The translations under genes and the position numbers were made by a program. A DNA stretch of 51,515 nucleotides, filler included, from Sphacelaria rigidula (taxonomy: Eukaryota): the NCBI GenBank assembly GCA_964200075.2. It is 4 parts of 4 records of this genome, joined end to end, with 100 filler letters (N's around TTAATTAATTAA, not from the genome) between each part and the next. Parts side by side here need not be neighbours in the genome. Positions count along the whole stretch, not along the records: positions 1 to 12,806 come from CAXNAA020003404.1; positions 12,907 to 25,711 come from CAXNAA020003405.1; 2 more parts are not named here. The stretch is one strand, 5' to 3'. The stretch's first letter is position 1. Every line of letters begins with the position of its first letter. The notes beneath the pieces are model-generated. The model was given only the letters and a program-made list of their open reading frames with translations, did not search any database and was not told where the DNA came from. Shown piece after piece: positions 1 to 12,944 of the stretch.

Positions 1-3000
1 GACCATTGACCACGCATCCCTTTCGAGACGGAGCACCGTTCCTACTCCTGATAGAGACACCTCCAACATATGGGAGGGGGGGAGGGGGCAAGCAAAAGCT
101 ACCTCCAGGATACGTATGTGTGGTTACATGCCCTTCATTTCCGGCACGTGCGATTTGTTTTCCCATATCTCGTGGATGACCCAAACAACAATATTTTCGT
201 GAGATTGAGAGTAGAGGACACGATTGAGAGTAAAAAGGTGTCAATTTGTGAGTGAATCGTTCCAGGTCCGAAATGCCTCCCCACGAGGCCCAATATGCTT
301 TGTGTAATAGCTGGGGAGGCCCTTGATATCCCTGAGTAGGATATCGACGTGTAGCTGTAAGCACACGCAAGTGATTCAGGCAAACAAAACCACACACGGG
401 ATACAAAAATGGCCAAGTTAAAGCGAATGATCGAAGCCACTCTCAATCAGCGCTCTACTCTCAATCTCACGATGACGTTGTTGAACGTGGATGGCCAGTT
501 GGAACCGAATGAGGTCATTTTCCTTCAGGGACACCTTCAATATATTAAAATCTCGCAGTGTCAAGAGCAACCGGCGTACCTCCTATTTTTCATCATGATG
601 GCACAACAGGGTCATCATTCGCATGATAGACGTACCCCAACTCGAGCAACAAGAGCACCGTACCACGGGGAACAAAAACAGCGAACGGTCTTACGCCGTG
701 CATGAAAACGATGTTAGCTGTTTCGCTGCCAGGCCCGCCTCCGCCATATCCTTGCCCATCTTTATTCATGCCCCCCGACCCCCCCCGCCCTTCCGAACAT
801 TTGCTACGGGGCTTCCAAGTGCATTACCAAAATACAATGTCTACCTATTGACGCGATGACATTTACCTGCTGTCCTTCCCACCACACCCTACCCGACACC
901 AGTGTGTGCGCACCTGTCCAGGAGGAGAACCGTATAATCTAACTACCACCCCTTAAAAAAACCGTGCTAGACATTAATTTACGTATTTCTTTTTCTTTTC
1001 CAAAGAGGTCCCTGCACAAAAGGCATACACGTATGCCCGACTAAAGTGTATACTCGTTCCTACGGACCACACTGAGATCGAGAGTTCTCGACAGACCATG
1101 TGATGGAAAGGTTTTCGACTGCATAGACACAACAAAATTAAACGTTGAAAAAAAAACGCAATATAAACTTTACACGGCAGCGCCCTCTCCTGCTGAGCAC
1201 AGGCCCGCGGACAAGCACAAACCTCCACTCCCCCCCTCGACGCTGCCTCACCCCCATGAATTTTCGTATTTAATTCATATTTCACGTACTGCTGTAAAGA
1301 CCTCACAGAAAAATCAACTCCTCGTTCCTGAATGCCTTCCAGCTCTTGAGCTTACATCTAGAGAAAAAAAAATGAACGACACGGAACTCCGAACAAAAAG
1401 TCAACAACAAACACTCCCCTCCACGGAAAAGAAATCGAACAACACCCAACAACCCACCCTCCTCTCCTACTCACATCGCTGTACCCCTGGAAATGGACAC
1501 CAACAAAAAGATGATGGAGGCGTTTCGCTCCCGAAAAGCATCGAATCGCGTGCTTCTGCACACTCACCGCAGCTATAGCAGCAATGCTTGCGTGAACAAG
1601 GGCTGAAACCATACCCTCACGGTAATTTACGCACCCCATAAAGTAAAACCGCGTATTTTTATACACGCAAAGCGCGTAAGAGTCAAGTACAACTGGGCCA
1701 TCGACTTCGATGGCGCCTCCATTGCTCTACCGTGCCCATTTGAGACAGCCGCTCACTGATTATTTTGTCATGTCAAGACGCTCGATTGCTCTAGGCACTA
1801 CTGCAAGAACTGCTTCAAATGCCAAGCCAGACAGAAGTAAGTACCACGCACTACTGCAAGAATTTCTTGGAACGCCAACACGGTCAGCAGTACCACCGAA
1901 TAACGGCAAGATCGACACTCCCCACCTTTGCAATCGCCAACCCACTCTTACGACATGGGCTAAAAAATCCCCCCCGGGGATCAACGGATGAGCCCGGGCC
2001 AAAGCAAAACATGGAGCGATTGTGTCGCATGTGTACCCACTGCAGATCCCATCCACGCTCCGAAACCAAGTACATGGAATAAAATAGAGCTCAAACAAAA
2101 ATACAATGCCCCCGTTCTTGAGGGGCAGACTCGGACACGGAAAATGCTCTGGGCAGACTGAAAATACGTTGGCTCGGCTGGGTGCATTTCAGATGCACCG
2201 TTCCCTATACCTTGCCCCCCCCCCCTCCCCGTCCCGTTCCTGTTACCGTCATCCGTCGCTCCTTTTTTTTCACCAAAAGCTGCGAAGTAAACAAACATGC
2301 GGGCCTCGATCGGTTTCAACAGAGAGGGCCGCCTACAAAACAACAATTGCATTTCCTCTTTGAAAAAAAGGAAACAAAAGCCATCATTACGACAAAAATC
2401 AAAGCACTTGGAGTCAGCAGAGCCATCCGAAAGCGAGCGGCCGTGACACGCTCCCCCTCTTGCAACACATCTCACGGAAACACGTACTTGAAACAAGTGC
2501 AACATTCAATGCATGGCACTCCTGCCCTCCACACTCTCACCACACACGCACACGCATCACACACGCACACGTGCAGGTATCACATGTAAATATGTAAAAA
2601 TATACCCCACTCAACTGCGCCATCACTTTTGAGCTTCCACGAAGTCCCCGAGCACAAAGTTGGTGCTAATTGGCATGACGTGCATACCTCACGCAACACA
2701 CACAAGCACACACAAAGTGCACGACGTTTACACACTGAAGGTGGGCACTCGATCGAAGCCACTTCGGTACCCCACACAGGACGAAGATGCCCCGAGAGGA
2801 AGAAAAAAAAAGACATGCACACAAGCCAAAAAATATGAAAAAAAAAATCAAAATCGTCTGTCTATACACCTCAAAAGATATCCTAGAAGCCCAATAAAAG
2901 ATAATAACACGAAAAACAGCGGACACGAAACACAAAATAAAAAAATGGAAACGACAAAATGACGAAAGAAATGAACGATACAGAGTCCTTCTCTTTTTTT

Positions 3001-3731
3001 CATGTGGTACATGCAGCAACGCGTGTCTGTCGCATACAATACAAGACAGAAATCAGCAAATGAATGTCATCTTACAAGTAAAAGCATTCCCACCCGCCGG
3101 CCCTCTTTGTTCACCATAACACCGTGTCTATTTGTCACGCCCGGAGCCCCCAACAGCACCCTCTTTCTCCCACCCATCTTTCCTCGGCAAGAAACACCAC
3201 TTTGTATTCGGAGTTTCATGACAATTCTGAAACAAAATCACATCAGCGCCCCCCCTCCCAACTACTTCTTCACGCGCTGTAAACGGTAGACATCCTCCAC
3301 CGCCTCCGTTCCCAACGGTGCTCCCACTCACAGTGTAGACCATGTACACGCAGGTCACACATTTTCTACTCTCCGACATCTCGACAGCCCGGACGGCTAC
3401 AAAAGTTCAATCCCCCGGATTCAACAAGGGGTCCAACCGAAAGCAAAAGCCAATGCGGACAAAAAAAATCGAAAGAAATAAAAAATACAGTTCAGCTCAT
3501 CAAAGAGTATTTTTGTGACTTTTTCTGCACTCCTGGACACTCATCTACCGATTCTGCACAATTTTCACTGCTAGTAACGCTAAAAATATGTTCAATCAAG
3601 GCCTAGTTCACCCAGGGTCGTCCGCTACTCGGGGCATATAGCCATGCTACACCCTCCACTACACTCCCCGTTCCCACAAGAACAAACGCTCCGTGGCTCC
3701 CAATCATCAACGCCCTAGCCGCTCCGATGAA

Positions 3732-6050
3732 TTATCGCTTGTTCTCGTGGAACTGCGTGCGGTGCTTGCCGCAGTGCGTGGATCGCCTCGACCCGGGCAG
3801 CCCGTACGACGGCTGATGCGTGCAGTTGGGATAGGCGCAGCGGGGTGCAAACACGTTAACCATCCCTTCCAGCTTGTGGCTAGCGCAGTAGTAAGCCTTC
3901 TTCTCTGGCGGGTGCCCGAACACGGGTCGGTGGATGCAGCCCTCGTGGTGGCACCGGCGGGTCACGAGATCCACGTCACCCTCCCTCCTGTGCGTGGCGC
4001 AAAAGCTTGCCTTGCGCTCACCCGGTCTGCCGAAAGACGGGCAAACCATGCACCCGGGAAACTTGCACCGAGGCGCCGCCACGTTCACCATGCCGGGCGT
4101 CTTATGCGTGGCGCACCGCACCGCTCTCGATCCCTCCATGGCGAACGACGGCTGGTGCTTGCACCCCTCGACCTCGCACCTCCGACACAGCACGTTGGTC
4201 ATGCCGGGAGCCTTGTGCTGCGAGCAAAATATCGCCTGCTTCGTGCCCTCGATGCCGAATAAGGGTCGCTGCTGGCAACCGTCGGCAGTGCACGTGGGCC
4301 GACTACGGTTCCGCCGGGGGGTGTCCGTACCGCTCCCGCCCAGTTTTCTACCATTATCTCGGCTATTTTTCCTAGTATGCCCGGTCGGTTTGGCCGCACG
4401 TCCGCTTACACCCCCGACACTGCCGCCAGAAAATGACACGCCCGCGCCAGAGGGCGATCCCAAGAAAATTGCGGTAAGCGGGGCTAGAGCACCACCCCCG
4501 CCACCTCCCATCCCCATGCCGCCATCAAAATCTGAGGGGTTCCCGCCGGCGCCACTTGGCGCCGTCATGGACCCGGCCGTCATCGCCTGGAACACGCCGC
4601 CTGAGCTACTGAAGGATGGCCGTCGGGCGGCGGCGAAAGCGGCGTTTGCGGCGGCGGCGGCGGCCGCGACCGCAGCATTGGCAGCTTCTGCCTCCGGTGT
4701 CAGGGCCGAACCGGGGCCCGCACCTAGCAGGCCATGCCCCGACATTGGCAAAAAGTTGTAAGAATGAGGAAACACGCCAGTGCCGGCTGCGGCAGAAGAG
4801 ACCGCAAGACCTCCTGAGGATGGATTATGCAGGGCGCCGCTGGCGCCAGCGGAAGCGGTCGGACCAGACATGAAAGAAGACATGCCGGTACTGCCGCTAC
4901 CACTGCCCCCGACACCGCCGCCCCCGACACCTCCTCTACCACCGCCAACATACCCGCCGGACACTGGCATTTGCAATTGCGTCGACGACGGCGAGGTGCC
5001 CATGATGGACGTTGAGGAAGTGTTCATCGTGGTGGCCGTCGACAAAGGGAAGGAAGAAATTGGGGTGGGCGTTATTCCGACAGCCCCTGCAGTGCTGACC
5101 ATTGGTGTACCTGAACCACCACTACGAAATGCCCCATTCTCACGCATTCCTCCACTCAAGAACTCTCCCGAGGAAAGGGAGTGCGCGTTTGGAAAACTCA
5201 CAAAGCCAGCGTCATCTACACCATGTACTCCGCCTCCCTCACCACCGCCACCAGTGACTCGACCGTCCCCACCGCCGCGCCGCCTTCGATTCTCAAGAGT
5301 AAACTCGCCACCATCGCTACCGCCACTACCACCACCACCACCATTAACGCCTCCGCCACCATCGATGCCGTCGGTCATCACTCCCGAGGACACTACTGGA
5401 TGGACAGATACCTGCCCCGCTTGAGACACTTGCATCATCCCGTCCGTAAATGAACTGCTGTTGTTGCTTCCGCCGCCGCTGCCGGCGCGGGACGCGGCCC
5501 GCGCTGCCGCTTGCACAGCCTCCGCTTCCTGTAATTCCCGCGCGCGTCGTTTTCTTAAAGGACCCTCAGCAGGTCCGAGATTTGGCGGCAATCCGTCGGG
5601 CGCCTGGGCGCCTGTCGCTAATTCAGCGGCCGCAGTGGCCCTCGTCCCCACTTCGTCCGCGCGTCGCTTCATTCCAGAAGGGTCGTCTTGTGGCGGAGTC
5701 GTGTTTGACGGCGGCGGGGGTATATCGTCGCAAAATCGTGGTGTGACATCGTTTTCGTTTTCGAAGCTGTTCCTCCCACCATTATTGGTGCCCTGGCTAT
5801 GAGTGTGGTGATTACCTGCTGCTCCCGCCGGCCCTAGTCCTAGCGTGGTGTTATGTTCTATTCGATATTTGTCGAAGCCTGCCCCCATTATCCCGCCCCC
5901 ACCGCCGCCCAAGGTCCGGTCGTCCGGATCAGGCTTGATGCTATGGTCTGAATATCGACCTGTCCTGCTCGCCTGACCCGCCAAAGGGCGGTGGGATTGC
6001 GGGTGCCGAAGCACATCCGGGTTCAAGGGCGCCGAGCTTGTTGTTCCCAT
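3732..6050 (-). CDS. EsV-1-7 cysteine-rich repeat protein (about 772 aa; IMM-like architecture), single coding exon
   Basis: Uninterrupted ORF 3732..6092. The likely ATG at 6050 (MGTTSS...) lies 8 nt after a pyrimidine-rich AG acceptor at 6059-6060. The C-terminus (3732-4292) has five ~37-38 aa repeats C-x4-C-x15/16-C-x2-H...GM(V/T)NV, e.g. CKFPGCMVCPSFGRPGERKASFCATH. The N-terminus is G/S/A-rich with basic clusters (PLRKRRAR, NRRRRGG). Confidence 0.9.
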   Translation of the reverse strand: MGTTSSAPLNPDVLRHPQSHRPLAGQASRTGRYSDHSIKPDPDDRTLGGGGGGIMGAGFDKYRIEHNTTLGLGPAGAAGNHHTHSQGTNNGGRNSFENENDVTPRFCDDIPPPPSNTTPPQDDPSGMKRRADEVGTRATAAAELATGAQAPDGLPPNLGPAEGPLRKRRARELQEAEAVQAAARAASRAGSGGGSNNSSSFTDGMMQVSQAGQVSVHPVVSSGVMTDGIDGGGGVNGGGGGSGGSDGGEFTLENRRRRGGGDGRVTGGGGEGGGVHGVDDAGFVSFPNAHSLSSGEFLSGGMRENGAFRSGGSGTPMVSTAGAVGITPTPISSFPLSTATTMNTSSTSIMGTSPSSTQLQMPVSGGYVGGGRGGVGGGGVGGSGSGSTGMSSFMSGPTASAGASGALHNPSSGGLAVSSAAAGTGVFPHSYNFLPMSGHGLLGAGPGSALTPEAEAANAAVAAAAAAANAAFAAARRPSFSSSGGVFQAMTAGSMTAPSGAGGNPSDFDGGMGMGGGGGGALAPLTAIFLGSPSGAGVSFSGGSVGGVSGRAAKPTGHTRKNSRDNGRKLGGSGTDTPRRNRSRPTCTADGCQQRPLFGIEGTKQAIFCSQHKAPGMTNVLCRRCEVEGCKHQPSFAMEGSRAVRCATHKTPGMVNVAAPRCKFPGCMVCPSFGRPGERKASFCATHRREGDVDLVTRRCHHEGCIHRPVFGHPPEKKAYYCASHKLEGMVNVFAPRCAYPNCTHQPSYGLPGSRRSTHCGKHRTQFHENKR

Positions 6051-9000
6051 AGCGGTGGCTAATGCATTGCAACAGGAGACGCAAACGAACACATGTCAGG
6101 GTATTCACGCGGTCGTCAGCGAAAGGGTGGGGTAGTGTGCTGGCATTATAGGCGTAGATACTGTGAAGTTTGTGGGCCGTAGGCAGTAGTTATGGCTTCG
6201 CTCGTCAGATCGTGGCCGGCCCTGGCGACACCGACTTGCGCACTGTTCCATGACCTCAAGACAAGTCAGCATAGCACGTGTTCTCCAAGTAGAATCGAAG
6301 GCTCACGAGTTTTCCACTGCAGTTTTGCGGTGCACTCAGTCGGCGCAGATTTCTGGCACAACAGTGCACTAGTACTATCCCGAGGGCAAGGGGTACAAGC
6401 TGTCCGCAGATGGGAGTTCGGAACAGCTCCAGGAGTAGTTTCAACTTTTGTTTTCCTCTGGTACTTGAGACAGATGCCGTTTGCCGTTTACAATTAGAGC
6501 CGCTACAAGCCTCAAACGTCAACATACCCGATCCGGCTGTGTCTTCATTGAAGCGGGCCGAGAAAATTATGGGTTAAAGCTCGAGTTGTCCAGGAGAAAT
6601 GTACCCCTCCATGAAAACACACCACAACCTCGTTGGGCCTTCAGACTAGAACATCTCCATCAGATTCAAAGTACGCAGCACAAGAATATCTGTGACGTGA
6701 GGGCGCACGAGGGCCCCTTCATCATTCACCAGATGCAGTCAGTATTCCGACGAAACACTCTCAACACGAGACCTTCAGCACAACGCCAACAAATCTACGG
6801 CATCCCCAAGTATTGTTAATGGTTGTTAACGCTGAAAATCAGTGTGGAAGTTGACGCACATCATCTCAGTGTGGAGTCGTGCTGCTGTACTTTGCGTCGC
6901 ACACAGATGGGAAGGGGAAGGGGGGGTCATGACACACAGGCGGGTTTAATGAGAGCTGCACTGACAGCATGATTCGCAGAAGGACAGCCCCGAAACAATC
7001 CGACCGCTCTGTGTGCTGTTGTAGATGTCGTGATACGTGACCTGTAGGCGAACGTAAAATGCGTATGAGGGCCAGCGTCGGTACTTGATCCCAAGCATGC
7101 CTGCTTGCTACAGCCTGCGCAAGACTTGCACCAACGCGGTGGGTTTGTTGTTCAGGTGTGTGTACCCCCGTCGCCACCCTAACTGTCCAACCGTCCAACC
7201 TTCTGGGGTGACAGCTTCCAGTTCGAAGAGCTCCGGAAATTCCGAGGCTGCATGTGGAACGCAGCAGGTGAATCATCGCATCAACTTCACGTGCGCCAGC
7301 TGAAAAGAGACAAAACTCGCCATCCTAGCTCCCTACAATGTACTGCAGGATCGACGTTTTACAGCACTCTGCCTCGAGATTTTTATCGTCATGGTGCCGC
7401 TTGCCGCCTGTGAGGTATTGACTGTACTGCACCGCCAGTGCCTGGAATGATTTAGCGACAAAAGCAGTGGAGTCACTATCGTTGAACACGTACGGAGTAA
7501 CCTGCCCAACCATTTATAGCGACCAGCGGCAGATGATACCGTGCCGTATTAGCCGGTGTGCAGGCGTTTTTGACGAGGGATCAAGTCGGAGAAACTGGAC
7601 AGCACTGCCCAACTTTCCCGCACCCGTACGGTACGATACGGTAGAGCGACAGAGTCCATATCTTTCCGAAGACCCCAAAATTTCGTGGAAACGTACGAAG
7701 TTCAGGGCTCGTGGCGCAGACGTTACGGTATGGGGATGGGGGCAGATGGACAGCGATCGAGATAGTCCACGTCCCGAAGCAAGGACGAGGAGACAGCAGC
7801 CTGCATGCAGGGCCACGGAGAGTGAAGGCAACACGTCCGCGCAGCACTCGAAATCATGTCTAGAGAACAACGATGGTGTTTTACCATGATTCTATACATA
7901 CGTGCTTCCATTCTTTTCTTGTTTGGAGTCAGCTATGCATCGCAACATATGTGAGCACAGTCACTACAACAGTCCTGCAATGTGTTTGTTGCTGCGGATT
8001 GCCAGACTAATGAAGGACGTTAGAAGGTGGGTATGCGGCATGCATACAAAACAGACAAAAGTGTGTGTTGCACGCAGAGAAACATCGGCACGATAGAAGA
8101 GAACAAGATGCATCAGCTGGTGCAAAATTCTGGCGGGAGAGTACTGTATTTGTAGTTCACGGCACACAACCGGAAAGAATGCACTTCACTGAAAAATCTT
8201 TGCAGGCAAAAAAAGTTGAACGGTCTCGAAACGACACGAGCGTTCATCAAATAACCCGCCCCACCCTTTCCCGCAGGTCATGGAGAATAGGAGTAGCGAT
8301 CTCGAACGGTCACGCACTGGACAAACACACCGGCATCAACAGGAGAAAACATGAGTCGTGCGTTCCCGCCGCACATCATGCGATTCTCACTGAAACGCGC
8401 TGTTCCGAACCAGGCATAACGAAACACAGAAAGCTAGCCGGCTGGAGCCCCTTGCGTGTCATCATGCACGTACGTTGATTTTACGCAAATATTTGAGAAA
8501 ATTGTGGGTGAGGTTTCTTCGTTGCCAGGGCTTTTGTGCGTGCGCACCGATCGGCAGATTTCGTCAGGTGACATGGACGTTGAATGAAACTTGAAGGGAA
8601 CGGACGGCGGACGCTTGGGTACGTTCTGGTGTGTCTTGTTTGCTTGTGAGAAAAAAATAACACTAGAAGGGACCTTGGTGTGTGCCGCACCAACAGGACA
8701 TTTGAATTGAAGAAAATGAGCTCCTACTGCCGGTGAAACTGCAGAACCGCACCCTACAGTTACAACAGGGTAAAGCACTACAGTTACTGTACCGTCCTGC
8801 ATCGGATCAGAGCTCCCCGACCGCCATATGCGTGCGTTTGCACAAAAAATACATGTTTTGTGCAAAAAAATACATGTGCATCAAAGAGGAGAAAAAGTCA
8901 GCCAAGGTGTTGCCGGCACGGATGAAAATAATAGCGCAACCAAACGAAGCCTCACAACCAACATCGTTGCTTGCTTCGACAGAGGTCATAGATAGAAAAT

Positions 9001-9549
9001 GGTGACTTCATACTTTCTGGGGGCAGTGCCGGGCGGGGGATGAGCGAAGGACATGAAGAGCTACAGTGAAACTGCTCGTCTAACGCACTAACAAAGGAAG
9101 GTACGCAGGGGATCGTGCGGACATTTTGCACTAAGCGATCATGACGGACACACATACAGTAGTACTCTAAAAACGACACAGACAACATGACGAGGATTGT
9201 GTGCCCAACAGATCGACGGTACACCTCGATATCATAGACGCACCGTACCGCAGTGGCCAAGAAGCACTGGCGGAACGACCGACAGTTACTGCCTATGGTT
9301 CACTTGATGGATTAGATCGTTTCATGAGCTTGCAGGTGCCGACAGAGGGTTTCTCTTGTCAACAGCGTAAACGCTCTGTGCGAGGAAAATGGTCCGCGCT
9401 CAGACACCAGCACTACTACAAGAGTCGTGAGAGCACCGTAGCTACACGCAACACAGACAGCACCTCCAGAGTTTCGATAAGCAAGCACACATGAAGGGCG
9501 CAGCCCTGAAACGCCGCGTTCATCTACATGGAAAATCACACCCACTCAC

Positions 9550-9720
9550 GTAGTACGCCTCCCGCCCCACGGCAAAAAGCTCCCGAATCCGCCTCACGCG
9601 CCCGTCTTCTGTATTATTGCAGCAGGTGCGCGGTAAAACGCGCGCGCTACCGCGCTCCTACGCAGGTCTAAAGCGTAGGCCATGCAGTGGTCCAAACACT
9701 AGCAAAACAACGAAAGTGAC
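9550..9720 (-). other. Candidate upstream 5'UTR exon of the EsV-1-7 gene
   Basis: GC-rich stretch ending in a strong minus-strand donor TAC|GTGAGT at 9549. It could pair with the acceptor at 6059 (about 3.5-kb intron). The 5' boundary is unknown. Confidence 0.3.
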
Positions 9721-10454
9721 CAAGCAGTCGTTGGTCAAGCAGTGGTCGAAGAAAAGACACGCGTATATTTGTCATTTTCCGTCTTTCCCAAAACGAGGGG
9801 AGCGATCCTTGAGTCATCTGTTCTTTCATTTTGCGCTACCCTGAAGGTATCGTTGAACCTACACTGCTATGATGAGAGTAAATTTTCTCGCGTTTTGGTT
9901 GAATGGGGGGGAAAGAGACAGTAGACTAAAGAAACCCCGCAATTGCTGTACTGGATATATACATAATCAAATTGCAGGGTTACTTTAATCAGCAATGATC
10001 CTCGAATACAGGCTAATGTGGTGATCTAAAAACAATACAAACGGCGCCTAGCAGACTGCACAACAACAGGCAACAGAATTCTTCCGCGTGTAGCGTGGGC
10101 CATAACGCTCATAAGGTATGTGGATATCAAATTCCCGTGTATTCAAGGAGGGATTAAACCCTTCAAAGAGTATTTCGTGCATGTGGAGACGCGGGGCATG
10201 ATGCACATCGCTTTTGTTGTGCTGTAAGCTGCTCGTCATTCAATGCTTTGACGGTGCATAACACCCCCCGATGACAGCGTTTCAATGTTTCTTGTCTCTC
10301 GTTTTCGAAACATACGGCAATGCACTGCCTGCGCTAGTGACACCGAAGATGGTGTCTATAGAAATACCTCGCTGGACATGTATAGCTGTGCCTAACCCTC
10401 TCATGAGAAAGCCAAGCGTGCAGTGATTCACCAGCCGGGTGTTACGCTACTTGA

Positions 10455-10661
10455 CCCTTCCCACCGCCTGGGTGGGCCATTTGTTGAACCGGCACCAATT
10501 TTCATTTTTTAAATGAGTACAGAAGACCCAGACAACCCACCCTAGCGGTTGGAAGTTTAGCCCTTTGACGGCCAGGGTGGGCCATCTGAGTCTCGCAGTT
10601 ACTTCCTTTCCAAGCGAAAATGATGCAAATGCAACAGATGACCCACCTAGTCTTGAAGGGG
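10455..10661. mobile_element. Tandem pair of ~100-bp piggyBac-like MITEs
   Basis: Units 10455-10556 and 10561-10661 each have imperfect TIRs (CCCTT...GGGTGGGCCAT / ATGACCCACC...AAGGGG). They are bounded by TTGA, TTAG and TTAA tetramers. Confidence 0.55.
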
Positions 10662-12806
10662 TTAACCATTTGACCTGGAACTCCCCGCACATGAGCTCGG
10701 ATTAGTTGAGCTCGGATTAGTTGCGCCACATTTGGGGCTCAAAACAGGCACTGGGCCCACAGATGGGGACAAGAATTATGAGTTGCAAGGTTTCTCGACC
10801 AATCAGAGTCTTCAAATATACCAAACTGCGGCGACCTTCTTCAAATAGATGAGAGATACGAGAGGGAGGTATATCAAAAAGCAGCTTTGATTGGCCTACA
10901 CATTGCGCCGCTTCGGCACAGACAGTTGCTACCGCCAATAAACGAGGATACAGCAGCTCCGTGCTGGCTCAGTTTGTTTGTCCCAACCTGCACGCACCCG
11001 CCTGGCGTATCTTCCCCGATCACAGCCCCCGACTATAACTGAAGTAGCAGAGAAGACTCAACAGACAGCTGTACAGCCGTCACGTGACGATTGTTTCAAC
11101 CTTTCTTTGTTTCGGCAGCACCTTGATCCCACCCCAATTATCTTCAGCCCGAAACACGGCATGCAGCAGTGCAACTGCTCAGGCACCGTCCAATGCACAT
11201 CGCACCGTGATCGTCGAAGAGTGTTTGGATGCCTGACAGCACAGCGAGAACTACAGCATAGAGGTGATGGGCATGCTATGAACGTTTTAGCGGTGTGTCG
11301 AGAGCACTGCGTGCCGACAATATTATTTTTCATAGAGACGAACGGAATTACAATATAAAGTAACTCAGGCACTCCCAGCGGAGATCAAATCGTCTCCACG
11401 AAGGTCTGAAGTCGCCACAGCGCAGCGACAGCTACAGCACACAAGACAGGGCATGAGTGTGTTTGTGCTGCAGCACAGTAGTACAGGACATGTCCCATTC
11501 GATAGTTATTCCCCTGATTTCGGGCGGGTCCTCGATTTTTGCCCAATGGCGATTTTCAAACGCTCGGCCATAATCGCGCTTCGCGCGAAGGTATTTTACT
11601 TCACTGTGAGTTACCCTTATCTGTGGGAGGTGGGCCTCAAAACGGCCATTTTTCCAAAAGATAAAACGCCTTTGTCATGAATACGTGGATCTTGGGCGTA
11701 TATCTAAAAGTAGTAAGCTCAGTACGGGAGAACCCCTCACCCCGCAACGGTTTCAATCCGCAAGGTAAGTGCATGCAAAGCTATTAGTATGTATGTCTTC
11801 GCTGAGCTGTCTTCAATTTCGTGGGTGTACATGCTCTAGGCTTGCAGGTGGACCAAGCTGGCAGCCGCCACCGCTGCCGCACTATATACGCAACCGACAC
11901 CCATCCTCTCTTCCTGCCTGTGCGTTCGGAGCAGTCCTGGATTCTCGGGGCAGGGCTGACACACCTCGAGCGTGTTTCGATTCGTCACACATGTCAAATG
12001 GTCTCAACTTCACTCTCCCTTTGTTGTCTGTGCTGTTGCCACCCTACCGTATACACATGCGATCTGATTTCATTAGCGACTGAGTACAACAGCACGATAC
12101 CGTGAGCGTGCCGTTGCTCTCCACTGGACACAGTCTTCTGGACGCTGCTTATATATCTGCCCACGTAGTGTTGCACAAAAACACTCGTAAAGACAGTTTT
12201 GAGCCAATGTTCCCAATACAAGAGGGGTCAGACAGACGGCTAAGACTACGAGCAGAGTCAATACCACCCCCTTCGCCCATGTTTTCGATTATTGAATGGT
12301 CGTTACCCAAATGATCAAATACTGCTTCGCTGCGAGGTGTTCCTCTTGCACCTTGATTCTGGCGTAGAATTCTTGCGGGAAACTTCGTGAGCTCTCCGGC
12401 TGTTGTGCGAACAGGCACCCGCCCCCTCCCCGCACGCCCCGTGGAAACTCCTGAAAGCTCCTGGATGTCCCTCGACTGTCAGTCGGCGAATCTGTTCCAA
12501 GGCGACCCTTGCGTTAACCCCTACGGCGCAATACCCATTCAAAATGACCCGAAAACGACGATGCATGTAAAAGGAGGTTAGAGTTCAACATACTTGATGT
12601 TACAACGTCTGTCCTCTGATGTATGTGGAATCCCGGCGTTAAGCCTTAGACTTCGAGCCCCGCCTCAGGACAGTTTCGCCACCTAACAGTCCAGAGGCGT
12701 CCAGGGTTTTCCAGCGAACGCGGGGGGGGGGGGGGGGGGGCCAGTTGTTTGTGTGGCTTTTTCGGTGCCGTCCTTGTTGCCCCACACCCTGTACAGGGCA
12801 GCGCCC

Positions 12807-12906
12807 NNNNNNNNNNNNNNNNNNNNNNNNNNNNNNNNNNNNNNNNNNNNTTAATTAATTAANNNNNNNNNNNNNNNNNNNNNNNNNNNNNNNNNNNNNN
12901 NNNNNN
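12807..12906. other. Artificial contig linker N44-TTAATTAATTAA-N44
   Basis: Exactly 100 bp with a six-frame stop cassette; identical to the other two gaps. Confidence 0.98.
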
Positions 12907-12944
12907 GACACTTTTCCAGGTTTTTATTTTTGCCTATTATAAGA

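Noticed and set aside
135-446. ORF with ILLFGS resembling a nucleotidyltransferase motif
   Set aside because: No downstream DxD, and the frame stops shortly after the motif.
3732-4292. Endogenous phaeovirus suggested by the EsV-1-7 repeats
   Set aside because: There are no other viral genes or gene-dense context; the flanks look like host UTR and intron sequence.
3693-5802. Long plus-strand ORFs (189-275 aa and others)
   Set aside because: They are antisense shadows of the GC-rich EsV-1-7 CDS.
12851-12862. TTAATTAATTAA as a piggyBac or PacI-related biological site
   Set aside because: It is centred in N runs and identical at all three gaps, so it is a synthetic linker.
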